64,000 nt of DNA from Candidatus Latescibacterota bacterium (lineage in GTDB: Bacteria > Latescibacterota > UBA2968 > UBA8231): positions 7,168,001 to 7,232,000 of the forward strand of contig OZ244561.1 in the NCBI GenBank assembly GCA_965217585.1, written 5' to 3'. Both the position numbers and the translations under genes were made by a program. Numbering within the stretch: the first letter of the stretch is position 1; every line of letters begins with the position of its first letter. Below the pieces are notes generated by a model. The model was given only the letters and a program-made list of their open reading frames with translations, searched no databases and was not told where the DNA came from. Of the stretch, positions 20,801 through 27,986 are shown in pieces.

Positions 20801-23800
20801 GCATGGGGGAGCGGGTGAAGACCGCCACCCAGACGATCACGGTGACGGTGACCGACGTGAGCGGCGAGGCGCCGGGCAAGCCGGACGCGCCGACGGTGGC
20901 GCCGGCGTCGGTGTCGAGGCTGACGGTGAACTGGTCGGCGCCATCGAACGCGGGCCCGGCGATCACCGACTACGACGTGCAGTACCGGGAAGGCACCAGC
21001 GGCAACTGGAGCGACGGGGGCCACGCCGGCACCGCCACCACGGCGACGCTGACGGGCCTGTCGGAGAACACGTCCTACCAGGTGCAGGTGCGGGCGACCA
21101 ACGACGAGGGCATCGGCGCGTGGTCGGACGCGGGCAGCGGCAAGACGGACGCCAACGCGGCGCCGGCGTTCAGCTCTGATGATGCGTTCGACGCGGCGGA
21201 AAACCAGACCGCGGCGGGCGAGGTGGTGGCGGCGGACTCCGATTCGGACGACGACATCACCGGCTACGCGATCACCGGCGGCGCGGACCGGGATTTCTTC
21301 TCGATCGGGGCGATGTCGGGGGCGCTGACGTTCGACGCGGCGCCGAACTTCGAGGACGCGAAGGACATTGTGAGTGTCGATCCGGCCAATGCCGCCGGCA
21401 ACAACCAATACGTGGTGGTAGTGACGGCGACCAGCGGCACGGGCGAGCGGGAGAAGACGGTGACGCAGACGATCACGGTGACGGTCACCGACGTGAGCGG
21501 CGAGGCGCCGGGCAAGCCGGACGCGCCGACGGTGGCGCCGGCGTCGGTGTCGAGGCTGACGGTGAACTGGTCGGCGCCATCGAACGCGGGTCCGGCGATC
21601 ACCGACTACGACGTGCAGTACCGGGCGGGCACGAGCGGCGACTGGAGCGACGGGGGCCACACCGGCACCGCCACCACGGCGACGCTGACGGGCCTTGCGG
21701 AGAACACGTCCTACCAGGTGCAGGTGCGGGCCACCAACGACGAGGGCATCGGCGCGTGGTCGGACGCGGGCAGCGGCACCACGGACGCCAACGCGGCGCC
21801 GACGTTCAGCTCCGATGCGGCGTTCGACGCGGCGGAAAACCAGACCTCGGTCGGCACGGTCCAGGCTTCGGACAGCGACACGGAAGACGACATCGAGGGC
21901 TACGCGATCACCGGCGGGGCGGACCGGGATTTCTTCTCGATCGGGACGACGTCGGGGGCACTGACGTTCGACGCGGTACCGAACTTCGAGGACGCCAAGG
22001 ACATTGTGAGTGTCGATCCGGCCAATGCCGCCGGCAACAACCAATACGTGGTGGTAGTGACGGCGACCAGCGGCGCGGGGGAGCGGGAGAAGACGGCGAC
22101 CCAGACGATCACGGTGACGGTCACCGACGTGGCCGGGGAGGCGCCGGGCAAGCCGGCCGCGCCGACGGTGACGACCGCGTCGGTGTCGAGCCTTTCGGTG
22201 AACTGGTCGGCACCGGCCAACGCGGGCCCGGCCATCACCGACTACGACGTGCAGTACCGGGCAGGCACCAGCGGGGACTGGAGCGACGGCAACCACGTTG
22301 GCACCGCCCTCACGGCGACGCTCACGGGCCTTGCGGAGAACACGTCGTATCAGGTGCAGGTGCGGGCGACCAACGACGAGGGCACCGGCGCGTGGTCGGA
22401 CGCGGGCAGCGGCAAGACCGACGCCAACGCGGCGCCGGCGTTCACCTCTTCGGCGACGTTCGACGCGGCGGAGAACCAGACTTCGGCGGGCGAGGTGGTG
22501 GCGACGGACTCCGATGCGGACGACGACATCACCGGCTACGCGATCACCGGCGGCGCGGACATGGATTTCTTCTCGATCGGGGCGACGTCGGGGGCGCTGA
22601 CGTTCGACGCGGCACCGAACTACGAGGACGCCAAGGACGATGGCACCAACAACACCTACGTGGTCGAGGTGACGGCGACCAGCGGCGCGGGGGAGCGGGT
22701 GAAGACCGCCACCCAAACGATCACGGTGACGGTGACCGACGTGAGCGGCGAGGCACCGGGCAAGCCGGCCGCGCCGACGGTGGCGCCGGCGTCGGTGTCG
22801 AGGCTGACGGTGAACTGGTCGGTGCCGGCCAACGCGGGCCCGGCGATCACCGACTACGACTACCGCCACCGGACGACCTCGCCGCAGGGCACGTGGACGG
22901 AGGTGACCGGCACGACGATCACGACGCTGTCGGCGACGATCGGGAGCTTGGCGGAGGACACGTCCTACGACGTGCAGGTGCGGGCGACCAACGACGAGGG
23001 CACCGGCGCGTGGTCGGACTCGGGCAGCGGCACGACCGACGCCAACGCGGCCCCGTCGTTCAGTTCCGATGCGGCGTTCGACGCGGCGGAAAACCAGACG
23101 GCGGCGGGCACGGTGGTGGCGACGGACTCCGATTCGGACGACGACATCGAGGGCTACGCGATCACCGGCGGCGCAGACCGGGACCTGTTCGAGATCGGGG
23201 CGACGGACGGCGCCCTGACGTTCAAGTCGGCGCCGAACTTCGAGGACGCCCAGGACCAGGGCACCGACAACACCTACGTGGTCGAGGTGACGGCGACCAG
23301 CGGCGAGGGGGAGCGGGAGAAGACGGCGACGCAGACGATCACGGTGACGGTCACCGACGTGAACACGGAGGCGCCGGGCAAGCCGGGCGCGCCGACGGTG
23401 GCACCGGCGTCGGTGACGAGCCTTTCGGTGAACTGGTCGGCGCCGGCCAACGCGGGCCCGGCCATCACCGACTACGACGTGCAGTACCGGGCAGGCACCA
23501 GCGGCGACTGGAGCGACGGGGGCCACAACGGCACGGCCACCACGGCGACGCTGACGGGGCTGTCGGAGAACACGTCCTATCAGGTGCAGGTGCGGGCGAC
23601 CAACGACGAGGGCACCGGCGACTGGTCGGACGCGGGAACCGGCTCGACGGACGCCAACGCGGCCCCGTCGTTCACCTCATCGGCGACGTTCAACGCGGCG
23701 GAGAACCAGACCTCGGCCGGCACGGTGACGGCGACCGACAGCGATTTGGAAGACGGCATCGAGGACTACGCGATCACCGGCGGGGCAGACCGGAGTTTCT

Positions 23801-26745
23801 TTTCGATCGGGGCGACGTCCGGGGCACTGACGTTCGACGCGGCACCGAACTACGAGGACGCGCAGGACCAGGACACCAACAACCAGTACGTGGTGACGGT
23901 CGAGGCGACCAGCGGCACGGGGGAGCGGGTGAAGACGGCGACGCAGACGATCACGGTGACGGTGACCGACGTGGCCGGGGAGGCGCCGGGCAAGCCGGAC
24001 GCGCCGGACGTGTCGGCGGCGTCGGTGACGAGCCTGACGGTGACGTGGTCGGCGCCGGCCAACGCCGGTCCGGCCATCACCGACTACGACGTGCAGTACC
24101 GGGAAGGCACCAGCGGGAGCTGGAGCGACGGCAACCACGCCGGCACCGCCACCACGGCGACGCTCACGGGCCTGTCGGAGAACACGTCGTATCAGGTGCA
24201 GGTGCGGGCGACCAACGACGAGGGCACCGGCGCCTGGTCGGACTCGGGCAGCGGCAAGACGGACGCCAACGCGGCGCCGACGTTCTCGTCGAATACGACG
24301 TTCAACGCGGCGGAAAACCAGACCTCGGTCGGTACGGTGAGGGCGACGGACTCCGATTCGGATGATGACATCACCGGCTACGCGATCACCGGCGGCGTGG
24401 ACCAGAATCTCTTCTCGATCGTGGCGGCGTCCGGGGCGCTGACGTTCGACGCGGCACCGAACTACGAGGACGCGAAGGACGATGGCACCAACAACACCTA
24501 CGTGGTCGAGGTGACGGCGACCAGCGGCGAGGGGGAGCGGGTGAAGACGGCGACGCAGACGATCACGGTGACGGTCACCGACGTGAACACGGAGGCGCCG
24601 GGCAAGCCGGGCGCGCCGACGGTGGCACCGGCGTCGGTGACGAGCCTTTCGGTGAACTGGTCGGTGCCGTCCAACGCGGGTCCGGCCATCACCGACTACG
24701 ACGTGCAGTACCGGGCGGGCAACAGCGGCGACTGGAGCGACGGCAACCACGCCGGCACGGCCACCACGGCGACGCTGACGGGGCTGTCGGAGAACACGTC
24801 CTATCAGGTGCAGGTGCGGGCCACCAACGACGAGGGCACCGGCGACTGGTCGGACGCGGGAACCGGCTCGACGGACGCCAACGCGGCCCCGTCGTTCACC
24901 TCATCGGCGACGTTCAACGCGGCGGAGAACCAGACCTCGGCCGGCACGGTGACGGCGACCGACAGCGATTTGGAAGACGGCATCGAGGACTACGCGATCA
25001 CCGGCGGGGCAGACCGGAGTTTCTTTTCGATCGGGGCGACGTCCGGGGCACTGACGTTCGACGCGGCACCGAACTACGAGGACGCGCAGGACCAGGACAC
25101 CGACAACGACTACGTGGTGACGGTGCAGGCGACCAGCGGCACGGGGGAGCGGGTAAAGACGGTGACGCAGACGATCACGGTAACGGTGACGGATGTGGGC
25201 GGCGAAGCGCCGGGCAAGCCGGACGCGCCGGACGTGTCGGCGGCGTCGGTGTCGAGCCTGACGGTGAGCTGGTCGGTGCCGTCGAACGCGGGCCCGGCGA
25301 TCACCGACTACGACGTGCAATACCGGGAAGGCACCAGCGGGAGCTGGAGCGACGGGGGCCACGACGGCGCCGCCACCACGGCGACGCTCACGGGCCTTGC
25401 GGAGAACACGTCGTACCAGGTGCAGGTGCAGGCGACCAACGACGAGGGCACGGGCTCGTGGTCGGACTCGGGCAGCGGCACGACGGACGCCAACGCGGCG
25501 CCGACGTTCTCGTCGAATACGACGTTCAACGCGGCGGAAAACCAGACCTCGGTCGGTACGGTGAGGGCGACGGACTCCGATTCGGATGATGACATCACCG
25601 GCTACGCGATCACCGGCGGCGCGGACCAGAATCTCTTCTCGATCGGGGCGGCGTCCGGGGCGTTGACCTTCAAGACGGCGCCGAACTACGAGGACGCCAG
25701 GGACCAGGGGACCAACAACACCTACGTGGTCGAGGTGACGGCGACCAGCGGCACGGGGGAGCGGGAGAAGACGGTGACGCAGACGATCACGGTGACGGTG
25801 ACCAACGAGGTCGGCGAAGCGCCGGGCAAGCCGGCCGCGCCGACGGTGACGGCCGCGTCGGTGTCGAGCCTGACGGTGACGTGGGCGGCACCGGCCAACG
25901 CCGGTCCGGCCATCACCGACTACGACTATCGCTACCGGACGACCTCGCCGCAGGGCACGTGGACGGAGGTGACCGGCACGACGATCACGACGCTGTCGGC
26001 GACGATCGGGAGCCTTTCGGAGAGCACGTCCTACGACGTGCAGGTGCGGGCGACCAACGACGAGGGCACCGGCGCGTGGTCGGACGCGGGCAGCTCGGCA
26101 ACCATCAACCAGCCTAGCGTGATCAGGGCCTACTGGACCGATTCCAAAACTAAAGGCAGCAACGAACAGCAGGAATGCGCCAGCACCGAGCCTTTCCGCG
26201 CCTTCTGGAATCCGCCGAAAAGCAACGGCAGCTTCAAGGAAGCCGTCGAGTGGGAGGCCGAGATTACGCCCGATAACGGCGCCAGCAACGTCAGCTTCAC
26301 CATACAGGACACTGGCGGGGATCCTAAGAAACCCGAACTGACCGGAACCGTCCAGATCAACGGCTTCAGCACGGTGAGCATCCGGGTCCGCGGGCGTTTC
26401 GGCGACGACGGATGGGGCACTTGGTCGCCGACTACAGAGTTGTTTTGCATGACCTCGGCGGCCAAGAAGCCGCTGGGTCTGGCACCCAATGTGCCCAACC
26501 CTTTCAACCCCAGCACCGTCATCTCCTATCGTCTGGCCACGCCCGGCGCAGTGCGCCTGGAAATCTACAACCTCCTCGGGCAGCCCGTGCGCACGCTGGT
26601 GGACCAGGTGCAGGCCGCCGGGGCCTACTGGGTGCGCTGGGACGCCCGCGACGGCCGCGGCGCGGCGGTGGCCGCGGGGGTGTACCTGGTGCGCCTACAC
26701 TATCCGGGTGGGGTGCAGACTCAGCGCCTGCTCTACCTCAAGTAG
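14806..26745 (+). CDS. Giant secreted adhesin-like protein: FN3 + LRR + (FN3-cadherin)n + FlgD/T9SS-A-like CTD (start uncertain; GTG 14953 is an alternative)
   Basis: Signal-like hydrophobic segment, LRRs, YQVQVRATN FN3 motifs, PNYED/DxD cadherin motifs, C-terminal PNPFNPST...GVYLVRL. Confidence 0.9.
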   Translation: MIGQRLVPWPHVASRPKLWTTINLHKSLINNVLPPPRILGSRGRARVGPVIPSNKAVRPARLPRLLALSAAAAVLLVLSAALPATALPPRPTGFAVSNGNGQVTLTWDAPAEDADIWHHEYRFKTTGDYNEWTKIDDSGVGKIHEDWVVVTGLTNDVAYTFQLRIVNIDGNGNGATAGPATPRSGVCGRTEQVRDAIVAGTADLRVSDCADVTRADLAGVMSLDFASVVIKSLQPGDFSGLTALKDLTLSGNELTSLPAGVFSDLTALKDLTLSDNELSSLPVGAFSGLTALTDLNLDLNELTSLPAGVFSGLTTLKDLRLVSNKLSSLPAGVFSGLTALTDLSLFRNKLTSLPAGVFSDLTALTFLNLESNELTSLPAGVFSGLTVLRALRLRYNKLSSLPAGVFSRLTALTDLRLSSNEFTSLPAGVFSGLTALTNLSLIGTKLSSLPAGVFSGLTALTSLYLRENTVDPLPLTVTLERNPDAVEIRAVVLTAAPFAVPLVVSVANGSLAGGAATITVPIGARESAWVGVTRTPGTAGAVTADIDLTPQPILPDKHDGYEFVKSASDLPLTVLDVPGAPAAPSVSAASSSSLTVMWSAPDDGGSAITDYDVQYRAGTSGDWSDGGHTGTATTATLTGLSASTSYQVQVRATNADGTGSWSDSGSGRTEDANAVPTFMSPPAFDAAENQTVAGTVAATDRDEEDSIEGYAITGGADRSFFSIDATSGELTFDAAPNYEDAKDLVSVDPANAAGNNQYVVVVTATSGAGTREKTATQTITVRVTDVDTEAPGKPGAPTVTPASVSKLTVNWSAPANAGPAITDYDVRYRAGNSGGWTDGNHSGAAVTATLMGLSENTSYQVQVRATNAEGTGAWSNAGSGTTDANAVPTFTSSATFDAAENQTSAGEVVATDSDTGDDITGYAITGGADRDFFSIGATSGALTFDAAPNYEDAKDQGSNNTYVVEVTATSGAGEREKTATQTITVRVTDVDTEAPGKPDAPDVEASSVSRLTVSWSAPSNAGPAITDYDVQYRAGNSGGWSDGNHDGTATTATLTGLSEDTSYQVQVRATNDEGTGAWSNAGSGTTDANAAPAFSSDDAFDAAENQTVAGTVLATDSDAGDSITGYAITGGADEAFFSIGATSGALTFNSAPNYEDAKDDGTNNDYVVEVQATSGMGEREKTATQTITVTVTDVGGEAPGKPAAPTVAPASVSRLTVNWSAPTNAGPAITDYDVQYRAGNSGDWSDGGHNGTATTATLTGLSENTSYQVQVRATNDEGTGAWSNAGSGTTDANAVPTFTSSATFDAAENQTSAGEVVATDSDADDDITGYAITGGADRAFFSIVPATGALTFDAAPNYEDAKDDGTNNTYVVEVTATSGMGERVKTATQTITVTVTDVSGEAPGKPDAPTVAPASVSRLTVNWSAPSNAGPAITDYDVQYRAGTSGDWSDAGHTDTATTATLTGLAENTSYQVQVRATNDEGIGAWSDAGSGKTDANAAPTFSSDAAFDAAENQTSVGTVQASDSDTEDDIEGYAITGGADRDFFSIGATSGELTFDAVPNFEDAKDIVSVDPANAAGNNQYVVVVTATSGAGEREKTTTQTITVTVTDVAGEAPGKPAAPTVTPASVSSLSVNWSAPANAGPAITDYDVQYREGTSGGWSDGGHAGTAITATLTGLAENTSYQVQVRATNDEGTGAWSEAGSGTTDANAAPTFSSDAAFDAAENQTSAGEVVATDSDAGDDITGYAITGGADMDFFSIEATDGALTFNSAPNYEDAKDQGSNNTYVVEVTATSGMGERVKTAEQTITVTVTDVSGEAPGKPGAPTVTTASVSSLTVNWSAPSNAGPAITDYDVQYREGTSGDWSDGNHAGTATTATLTGLAENTSYQVQVRAKNDEGTGAWSDAGSGKTDANAAPTFTSSAEFDAAENQTSAGEVVATDSDADDDITGYAITGGADMDFFSIGTTSGALTFDAVPNYEDAKDDGTNNTYVVEVTATSGMGERVKTATQTITVTVTDVSGEAPGKPDAPTVAPASVSRLTVNWSAPSNAGPAITDYDVQYREGTSGNWSDGGHAGTATTATLTGLSENTSYQVQVRATNDEGIGAWSDAGSGKTDANAAPAFSSDDAFDAAENQTAAGEVVAADSDSDDDITGYAITGGADRDFFSIGAMSGALTFDAAPNFEDAKDIVSVDPANAAGNNQYVVVVTATSGTGEREKTVTQTITVTVTDVSGEAPGKPDAPTVAPASVSRLTVNWSAPSNAGPAITDYDVQYRAGTSGDWSDGGHTGTATTATLTGLAENTSYQVQVRATNDEGIGAWSDAGSGTTDANAAPTFSSDAAFDAAENQTSVGTVQASDSDTEDDIEGYAITGGADRDFFSIGTTSGALTFDAVPNFEDAKDIVSVDPANAAGNNQYVVVVTATSGAGEREKTATQTITVTVTDVAGEAPGKPAAPTVTTASVSSLSVNWSAPANAGPAITDYDVQYRAGTSGDWSDGNHVGTALTATLTGLAENTSYQVQVRATNDEGTGAWSDAGSGKTDANAAPAFTSSATFDAAENQTSAGEVVATDSDADDDITGYAITGGADMDFFSIGATSGALTFDAAPNYEDAKDDGTNNTYVVEVTATSGAGERVKTATQTITVTVTDVSGEAPGKPAAPTVAPASVSRLTVNWSVPANAGPAITDYDYRHRTTSPQGTWTEVTGTTITTLSATIGSLAEDTSYDVQVRATNDEGTGAWSDSGSGTTDANAAPSFSSDAAFDAAENQTAAGTVVATDSDSDDDIEGYAITGGADRDLFEIGATDGALTFKSAPNFEDAQDQGTDNTYVVEVTATSGEGEREKTATQTITVTVTDVNTEAPGKPGAPTVAPASVTSLSVNWSAPANAGPAITDYDVQYRAGTSGDWSDGGHNGTATTATLTGLSENTSYQVQVRATNDEGTGDWSDAGTGSTDANAAPSFTSSATFNAAENQTSAGTVTATDSDLEDGIEDYAITGGADRSFFSIGATSGALTFDAAPNYEDAQDQDTNNQYVVTVEATSGTGERVKTATQTITVTVTDVAGEAPGKPDAPDVSAASVTSLTVTWSAPANAGPAITDYDVQYREGTSGSWSDGNHAGTATTATLTGLSENTSYQVQVRATNDEGTGAWSDSGSGKTDANAAPTFSSNTTFNAAENQTSVGTVRATDSDSDDDITGYAITGGVDQNLFSIVAASGALTFDAAPNYEDAKDDGTNNTYVVEVTATSGEGERVKTATQTITVTVTDVNTEAPGKPGAPTVAPASVTSLSVNWSVPSNAGPAITDYDVQYRAGNSGDWSDGNHAGTATTATLTGLSENTSYQVQVRATNDEGTGDWSDAGTGSTDANAAPSFTSSATFNAAENQTSAGTVTATDSDLEDGIEDYAITGGADRSFFSIGATSGALTFDAAPNYEDAQDQDTDNDYVVTVQATSGTGERVKTVTQTITVTVTDVGGEAPGKPDAPDVSAASVSSLTVSWSVPSNAGPAITDYDVQYREGTSGSWSDGGHDGAATTATLTGLAENTSYQVQVQATNDEGTGSWSDSGSGTTDANAAPTFSSNTTFNAAENQTSVGTVRATDSDSDDDITGYAITGGADQNLFSIGAASGALTFKTAPNYEDARDQGTNNTYVVEVTATSGTGEREKTVTQTITVTVTNEVGEAPGKPAAPTVTAASVSSLTVTWAAPANAGPAITDYDYRYRTTSPQGTWTEVTGTTITTLSATIGSLSESTSYDVQVRATNDEGTGAWSDAGSSATINQPSVIRAYWTDSKTKGSNEQQECASTEPFRAFWNPPKSNGSFKEAVEWEAEITPDNGASNVSFTIQDTGGDPKKPELTGTVQINGFSTVSIRVRGRFGDDGWGTWSPTTELFCMTSAAKKPLGLAPNVPNPFNPSTVISYRLATPGAVRLEIYNLLGQPVRTLVDQVQAAGAYWVRWDARDGRGAAVAAGVYLVRLHYPGGVQTQRLLYLK
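14905..14914 (+). repeat. C10 homopolymer in the 5' region of the giant gene
   Basis: 10 consecutive C. Confidence 0.9.
15499..16218 (+). repeat. 10 x 72-bp tandem repeats encoding 24-aa LRRs
   Basis: SLPAGVFSGLTALxxLxLxxNxLx units counted in the translation. Confidence 0.9.
16531..26100 (+). repeat. Tandem array of 16 FN3 and 15 cadherin-like domains (612/618/636-bp units)
   Basis: EAPGKP starts at 17170, 17782, 18394, 19006, 19642 ... 25816. Confidence 0.9.
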
Positions 26746-26768
26746 GGGCGACCGGCCGGTCGCCCCTA
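26742..26768. repeat. GTAG-family REP-like palindrome overlapping the giant gene stop codon
   Basis: GTAGGGGCGACCGGCCGGTCGCCCCTA. Confidence 0.7.
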
Positions 26769-26788
26769 TTCCATTCTTCGACCTCTGC

Positions 26789-26824
26789 AAAGCGCCCGAT
26801 GGCTCCTCGGCATCGGGCGCTTTT
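26789..26824 (+). terminator. Putative rho-independent terminator
   Basis: AAAGCGCCCGATG / CATCGGGCGCTTTT stem followed by a short T tract. Confidence 0.6.
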
Positions 26825-27013
26825 GCATGGGCCGCAAGCGCAGCGGAGTCGAAGCATCTTTTGGCGGCCAGCGTATAGCCCATGGGCAGGACGCTGCGTA
26901 ACGTCAGTAACTAACTGACGTTACGCAGCTTTTGTCCCCAACTTCCCATTCCTGTATCCTTTCCGCTACACTCCAGCGCCTCATCTCCCCGTCCTCCCCC
27001 TGAACCGCCGCCG

Positions 27014-27028
27014 TGGCACGATTCTTGC
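27014..27028 (+). promoter_or_regulatory. Sigma54 (-24/-12) promoter
   Basis: TGGCACGATTCTTGC matches TGGCAC-N5-TTGC, 42 bp upstream of the rpn ATG. Confidence 0.6.
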
Positions 27029-27070
27029 CCGTTGCGGGTACTACCTCACCTGCAACCCAAGGCATAGCTC

Positions 27071-27958
27071 ATGGCCGAATTTGACACCATCGCCAAACAT
27101 CTCATCCACACCTACCCCGCCGACTTCGCCCGCTTCGCCCTCCACCAAGACGACGTAGAGGTGATCGACGTCATCGACACCGAGCAACCCACCGTCGAAG
27201 CCCACCGCACCGACAGCCTCATTCGCGTACAAGTCGGCGGCGAGGAGGTATTGGTCCATCACGAGTTTCAAACCACCGATAGTAGCCCACCCATGCCGCA
27301 GCGCATGGCCGGCTATATCGGGCGCGGCATTGAGCAGCACGGCCTGCCGATCTATTCCAACGTCATCTATTTGCGTCCCGACGCCGGCCGCACTGACCCG
27401 GGGCACTATCTCCAAGAGCGGCACGGCTACCGCGTCCTAGTGCAATACCAAGTGATTCGGCTGATTGACCTAGACGGCCAACGCATGCTCGACGAGGGGC
27501 ATTCAGGCTTGATCCCATTTGCGCCGTTGATGCAGCGGCCAGTGGGGGTGGATGCCGAGGCGTGGTTGCGCCAGTGTGTGAACCGGGCGCAAGAGGTGCC
27601 GATGGATGAGACCGTCAAGGCCAATTACTTGGCCGATCTTGCCATTTTGAGCGGTTTGGTGTATAGATTAGAAACGATTAGGACCATCATCTCGGAGGAG
27701 ACCATGTACGAATCGTCGGTAGTGCAGTATTTCACAGAAAAGGGCATTGAGCAAGGCATTGAGCAAGGCATTGAGCAAGGCATCCGCGAAAGCATCCAAG
27801 AAGTGTTGGAACTGCGCTTTCAGCCAGAGGCCGTGCGCCGCTTGGCCGCCCGCCTTAGGGCCATCGACGATGTGCCGCGTCTCAAGCAGTTGCACCGAGC
27901 GGCCATACAGGTACCCAGCCTTGAAGCCTTTAGGCTCCAGCTAGACGCCCACGAGTAG
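27071..27958 (+). CDS. Rpn/YhgA-like recombination-promoting nuclease family protein
   Basis: FD..AKHL, RTDSL..HHEFQT PD-(D/E)xK-like core, MPQRMAGY, GIEQ x3 and helical C-terminus. Confidence 0.8.
   Translation: MAEFDTIAKHLIHTYPADFARFALHQDDVEVIDVIDTEQPTVEAHRTDSLIRVQVGGEEVLVHHEFQTTDSSPPMPQRMAGYIGRGIEQHGLPIYSNVIYLRPDAGRTDPGHYLQERHGYRVLVQYQVIRLIDLDGQRMLDEGHSGLIPFAPLMQRPVGVDAEAWLRQCVNRAQEVPMDETVKANYLADLAILSGLVYRLETIRTIISEETMYESSVVQYFTEKGIEQGIEQGIEQGIRESIQEVLELRFQPEAVRRLAARLRAIDDVPRLKQLHRAAIQVPSLEAFRLQLDAHE
27704..27958 (+). CDS. Putative internally translated small Rpn protein (Rpn-S antitoxin, 84 aa)
   Basis: GGAGGAG immediately upstream of in-frame ATG 27704, just before the GIEQ repeats. 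Confidence 0.55.
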   Translation: MYESSVVQYFTEKGIEQGIEQGIEQGIRESIQEVLELRFQPEAVRRLAARLRAIDDVPRLKQLHRAAIQVPSLEAFRLQLDAHE

Positions 27959-27986
27959 GGCCGCCGCGTAACGTCAGTAACTAATG

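Larger units (their letters stand above)
26915..27977. mobile_element. 1063-bp element with 15-bp TIRs and 7-bp flanking duplication, carrying an rpn-like gene
   Basis: Left CTGACGTTACGCAGC, right GCCGCGTAACGTCAG (14/15 inverted); TAACTAA at both 26908-26914 and 27978-27984. Confidence 0.65.

Noticed and set aside
14962-23526. 2854-aa antisense ORF and other long alternative-frame ORFs in the giant gene
   Set aside because: Arg/Val/His-rich shadow frames produced by codon bias and repeats in the real gene
15499-26100. Diversity-generating retroelement target
   Set aside because: No reverse transcriptase or template repeat, and variation is not adenine-specific
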